A stretch of DNA of 19,734 nt from Verrucomicrobiota bacterium (lineage in GTDB: Bacteria; Verrucomicrobiota; Verrucomicrobiia; Limisphaerales; SXQI01): contig JANRLX010000075.1 of assembly GCA_033762115.1 (NCBI GenBank), positions 1-19,734 on the forward strand, written 5' to 3'. Of the stretch, positions 16,422 through 19,734 are shown in pieces. The notes under the pieces are model-generated. The model did not search any database, had not been told where the DNA came from, and was given only the letters and a program-made list of their open reading frames with translations. The first letter of the stretch is position 1. Every line of letters starts with the position of its first letter. The position numbers were made by a program, and so were the translations under genes.

Positions 16422-17240
16422 ATGAGCCTTATCTCTTTGGCTGTCATTTTCCTGCTTTCCGTAAGTGCGTTTGCGCATGTTCACGTTCAAATCGGCTTTG
16501 CCGGAGGAGACTGGGATTTGCATGTGTTCGATTTGGAGTATGGTCGCTCTGATGCCAGGGAATACACTGTGCCTGTGAGTTTGTCGGCGCGGAATACGAT
16601 TCCAAACGACGCAGCTTATACCAACTTTCTGGGTGGAGGGGGAAACCCAATCTGGATTCTCCCTCAGGAGGAACGAGCGGGTATTTTGTATCTTGGCTTA
16701 GGCACGATTGGGTTTACTCGCGGCATGTTCTCAGGCGATCAAATCAAGCTTTCGCTTCATCGTGTTGATGGACCCGGCAACTTTGCAATGTACACATTGA
16801 GCCCGTTCGGTGAACCGATTGTTCACATGACGTCACTGGATGATGTGAATCCCACGAATGATTTCATCAAACTTCCCGCGATATCTGGGCATCTCCATGT
16901 CAATTGGGCTTTTTCGGCTCCCGGCCTTTATAAGATCAGTTTCAAAGCGTCAGGAATACTTCGAGGGAGCGGCCATCTGTCCGAAAGCTCAATTGTGGAT
17001 TACACCTTTTGGGTGGATGGCGGAGCTCTCAGGTTTTCATCCCCTCGGATGCGTCCGGGAGGGACGTTTGTATTTAATCTGGAGAGCGCGCCCAACGCGG
17101 TGTGCCGGATAGAAGACACATTTGACTTCCAGGAATGGAATTCCATCCTGACCATTACCAACTCAACCGGCCTAATGGAAGTGGAACTGATTCATTCTTC
17201 GGTCAAACCGGCTCGATACATTCGTGCTGTAACTGATTGA
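16422..17240 (+). CDS. Choice-of-anchor M domain protein with short C-terminal beta domain
   Basis: Signal peptide then HVH, WDLHV, IWILPQ...YLGLG, VDGPGNFAMY, HLHVNWAFSAPGLY, C-terminal ARYIRA. Confidence 0.8.
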   Translation: MSLISLAVIFLLSVSAFAHVHVQIGFAGGDWDLHVFDLEYGRSDAREYTVPVSLSARNTIPNDAAYTNFLGGGGNPIWILPQEERAGILYLGLGTIGFTRGMFSGDQIKLSLHRVDGPGNFAMYTLSPFGEPIVHMTSLDDVNPTNDFIKLPAISGHLHVNWAFSAPGLYKISFKASGILRGSGHLSESSIVDYTFWVDGGALRFSSPRMRPGGTFVFNLESAPNAVCRIEDTFDFQEWNSILTITNSTGLMEVELIHSSVKPARYIRAVTD

Positions 17241-17298
17241 ATCAAATAAGTCGCCTCGACAGGAGCATCTCCAATATCAGCCACCGGAGATTTATGTG

Positions 17299-17326
17299 TT
17301 GCAGGCATACCTGCGATAGCTATGAT
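17299..17326 (+). promoter_or_regulatory. Possible sigma70 promoter overlapping a short inverted repeat
   Basis: TTGCAG (17299-17304) -16 nt- TATGAT (17321-17326); GCAGG-CATA-CCTGC inverted repeat. Confidence 0.35.
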
Positions 17327-17365
17327 TGATCGGATATCTTAATTGAATTAAAAACTGGAATTCCT

Positions 17366-17701
17366 ATGAACAAATCAAAATTATCGGTACTGCTCATCGC
17401 TTTTCTGGCAATTGCAAACACCACGCTTTTTGCCGCGGCTGAAAAGGAAACGACCATCAAAGGTGAAGCGCAATGCGCCAAATGCTCGCTCAAAAAAGCT
17501 GACAAATGCTCCGGTGCAATTGTTGCAAATGAAGGAGAGAAGGAAGTTGTCTATTACATCGTGGACACTGAAACCAGCAAAAAGGATTTGCCACATTCTG
17601 AAATCTGCACAGCGAAGAAAAAAGTGGAAGCCAAGGGCACAGTTAAAGAAGTTGATGGCAAGAAGCAGCTCACAGCCACATCCATCGTGGCTGCCAAGTA
17701 A
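17366..17701 (+). CDS. Small secreted Cys-rich protein (DUF6370-like)
   Basis: Signal peptide, GEAQCAKC.LK....C, YY, H..IC, V..KG.V...DGK. Confidence 0.75.
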   Translation: MNKSKLSVLLIAFLAIANTTLFAAAEKETTIKGEAQCAKCSLKKADKCSGAIVANEGEKEVVYYIVDTETSKKDLPHSEICTAKKKVEAKGTVKEVDGKKQLTATSIVAAK

Positions 17702-17744
17702 GTCTCTTCAAGGGTAGGATCGTCTACCAGGTTTTTAATTTGCT

Positions 17745-17775
17745 GGACGGCTTGCAATTTATATTGCAGCCGTCC
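17745..17775. terminator. Hairpin between convergent genes, probable bidirectional terminator
   Basis: GGACGGC-T-TGCAAT-TTAT-ATTGCA-GCCGTCC. Confidence 0.65.
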
Positions 17776-17802
17776 TCTTAATTTCTGCCCTTTTCGCTCT
17801 TG

Positions 17803-19263
17803 TCATTTGCCATTGTCGCCGCCTTTGCGTGACGCAGCCATCGCGAAAGATTCGGATTCGTCGAGCGACCATCCACCGCCGAGAGCTTTGTAAAGCTGCA
17901 CGAAAGCAAGGCGGCGACCAGCTTCAACGCGGGAGAGAGCATTCTCGGCCGGATACAATTGCTGCTGAGCCTCCAGCACTTCATAGTAGCTCGCCTTGCC
18001 TTCCTTGTAGCGGATCATGGCGGTATCCACGGCTTCGCGCCCCGCAGCAACAGCTTGCGCCTGTTCGAGACGCCCTTCTTCAAACCGGCGACGGGAGATG
18101 AGTGCATCAGAGACTTCGCGAAAAGCATTGAGAGTGGTTTGCTGGTATTGAAGCAGGGCCTCCTCGGCAGCCGCTTTTGCCTGCCGATAGCGACCGGTCA
18201 ACCGGCCCCCGGTAAAGAGCGGGCCAGCGGCGCTTGCGGCCAGGGACCATGTGTTTGCGCTGCTTTTTACCAAATCATTGAGTTCGGCGCTGGCTCCTCC
18301 ATAGAAAGCAGTCAATCCAACTCGAGGGAAGAAATCGCCGACTGCGACTCCAATCCGGGCATTTGCAGCTCGGAGCTGCTGCTCCGCAGCGCGAATATCA
18401 GGCCGCCGCTCCAGAAGTGTGGATGGCAGCCCAACGGGGATGTCAATGGAGACTTCCTGTGCCAGCAAGGTGGAGGTGCGTGCGACCGGGCCTGGGTTCT
18501 GTCCGAGGAGAAGATTGATTTCGTTTTCCTTGAGTGCAATTTGACGCTGGATTTCGGGAATTGTGGCAGCCACTGATCGTAACGCGAGGTTTGCGCGTGA
18601 CACTTCCAGCTTCGAGCCGAGACCTCCGGAATGTTGATCGCTAAAAAGTTTGAATGTACGCTCGTAGGAATCGCGGGTGCGTGTCCCGATGGCCAGCTGT
18701 TGATCCAATTCAAGCAATTCAAAATAGCTTTTCGCGACATCGCTGATGATGGAAATCTGGACTGCGCGACGACCTTCTTTTGTGGCCATGAAAGTGGCCC
18801 GGGCAGCTTCATTCATGCGGCGGACACGGCCCCACAAATCGATTTCCCAAAAGGCTTCAAAACCTCCCAAAAAATTATTCATGGTGCTCCCGCCCCCTGG
18901 CGAAGGTTGACCGAGGAAGGAATTGCGCCCGCGTGCCGCATCCCCGCGATAGTCGATTTCGGGGAAAAATTGCGAACGTGCCTGCGCCTGGAGGGCGCGT
19001 GCCTGATCCACACGAGCGAGAGTGATATTCAGATCGTAGTTGTTCGTGAGGGCGACCTGAATGAGGTCCTGAAGCGCAGGGTCCTTGAACACGGCCCACC
19101 AGGGCAAATCCGCGACGGAGTTTGTAGCGGTCATCTCCATGGAATCCCGGAATACCGGGGGAGATTTGATGATGGGCCTTTTATAATCAGGGCCGACAGC
19201 GCACCCGGTAAAAAGCAAACCTGCAACTGCCCAAAATGATAAATTAAAACCGATTGTTCGCAT
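17803..19263 (-). CDS. RND efflux outer-membrane lipoprotein (NodT/OprM family)
   Basis: Lipobox LFTGC-AVGPDY.RP, WW..F.DP.L..LI..AL.NN.DL, WEIDLWG, LPS.LLERRPDI.AAE, LYKALGGGW. Confidence 0.93.
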   Translation of the reverse strand: MRTIGFNLSFWAVAGLLFTGCAVGPDYKRPIIKSPPVFRDSMEMTATNSVADLPWWAVFKDPALQDLIQVALTNNYDLNITLARVDQARALQAQARSQFFPEIDYRGDAARGRNSFLGQPSPGGGSTMNNFLGGFEAFWEIDLWGRVRRMNEAARATFMATKEGRRAVQISIISDVAKSYFELLELDQQLAIGTRTRDSYERTFKLFSDQHSGGLGSKLEVSRANLALRSVAATIPEIQRQIALKENEINLLLGQNPGPVARTSTLLAQEVSIDIPVGLPSTLLERRPDIRAAEQQLRAANARIGVAVGDFFPRVGLTAFYGGASAELNDLVKSSANTWSLAASAAGPLFTGGRLTGRYRQAKAAAEEALLQYQQTTLNAFREVSDALISRRRFEEGRLEQAQAVAAGREAVDTAMIRYKEGKASYYEVLEAQQQLYPAENALSRVEAGRRLAFVQLYKALGGGWSLDESESFAMAASRKGGDNGK

Positions 19264-19273
19264 AGGTAACCTG

Positions 19274-19734
19274 TTACTTGATGAATTTCAATTTTGCGCA
19301 GAAGACGTAGTACAGCGTCGGCAGCATTAGCAATGTCAGCACCGTCGCCAGAAGCAGCCCGAAAATGTGCACCGCAGTCAGCGGATGCCATAGCGCACCG
19401 CCAGTCATGAATAGGGGGATGAGACCGCCAACAGTGGCTAAAACAGTGACGAGCACAGGCCGCAACCGGGCGAGCCCTGCCTGCACGAGCGCTTTTTCCA
19501 ACGGCATTCCGTTGGCGCGGGCCTCCTCAATAAAATCACTCAGAACAATGATATGACTCACCATCACACCGGCCAGGCTGACAACCGCCAGGAGCGCCAT
19601 GAACCCAAGCGGTGAACCGGTAATTCCAAGGCCAATAAACGCGCCGATAAGTCCGAGGGGGACAGTGAGCATGACGACGACAGATTTGATAACAGAGCGG
19701 AATTGAAGGACCATCGTCATCGCGATCAAGGCAA
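19274..19734 (-). CDS. RND efflux permease subunit, C-terminal part (5' outside window)
   Basis: QFRS...VVMLTVPLGLIGA..GL, LAGVMVSH.IVL.DF, RLRPVLVT.LATVGGL.PL, GL..AT.LTL..LP.LY; frame open to the window edge. Confidence 0.9.
   Translation of the reverse strand, partial: ALIAMTMVLQFRSVIKSVVVMLTVPLGLIGAFIGLGITGSPLGFMALLAVVSLAGVMVSHIIVLSDFIEEARANGMPLEKALVQAGLARLRPVLVTVLATVGGLIPLFMTGGALWHPLTAVHIFGLLLATVLTLLMLPTLYYVFCAKLKFIK

Noticed and set aside
17753..17768. Third Fur-type box (TGCAATTTATATTGCA)
   Set aside because: It is 16 bp rather than 15 and forms the top of a longer hairpin between convergent gene ends, where a terminator is expected.
9490..19734. Right att boundary of element 2
   Set aside because: No further copy of the tRNA-Cys 3' end was seen by eye, so the extent of element 2 is not claimed.

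Overview
Bacterial window, most consistent with Verrucomicrobiota (inferred from PEP-CTERM, prepilin/H-X9-DG and Verrucomicrobia-style C-terminal domains). Left part (1-6355): a 5'-truncated AsmA-like protein, the two halves of the Tm-1-like module (ATP-binding and TIM-barrel proteins) in convergent orientation, moeB/moeZ and tRNA-Cys(GCA). The tRNA is a tandem integration site. A ~3.1 kb islet (6337-9489) bounded by a 20-bp duplication of the tRNA 3' end carries a broken tyrosine integrase and a protein with two PD-(D/E)XK domains. A second broken integrase of the same family and an SCP2 gene remnant follow. From ~11.0 to 17.2 kb lies a putative metal (probably Zn) scavenging locus made of two homologous cassettes. 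Each starts with a TGCAAGT-type palindrome, then a small secreted His/Cys leader ORF with an RGPP (RAPP-like arrest) motif, a structured spacer, and His-rich surface proteins. Cargo comprises a pilin-like protein, three choice-of-anchor-M-like proteins, an all3515-like protein and a Fur-family regulator lacking its regulatory His ligands. The window ends with a small Cys-rich secreted protein and a convergent RND efflux pair.
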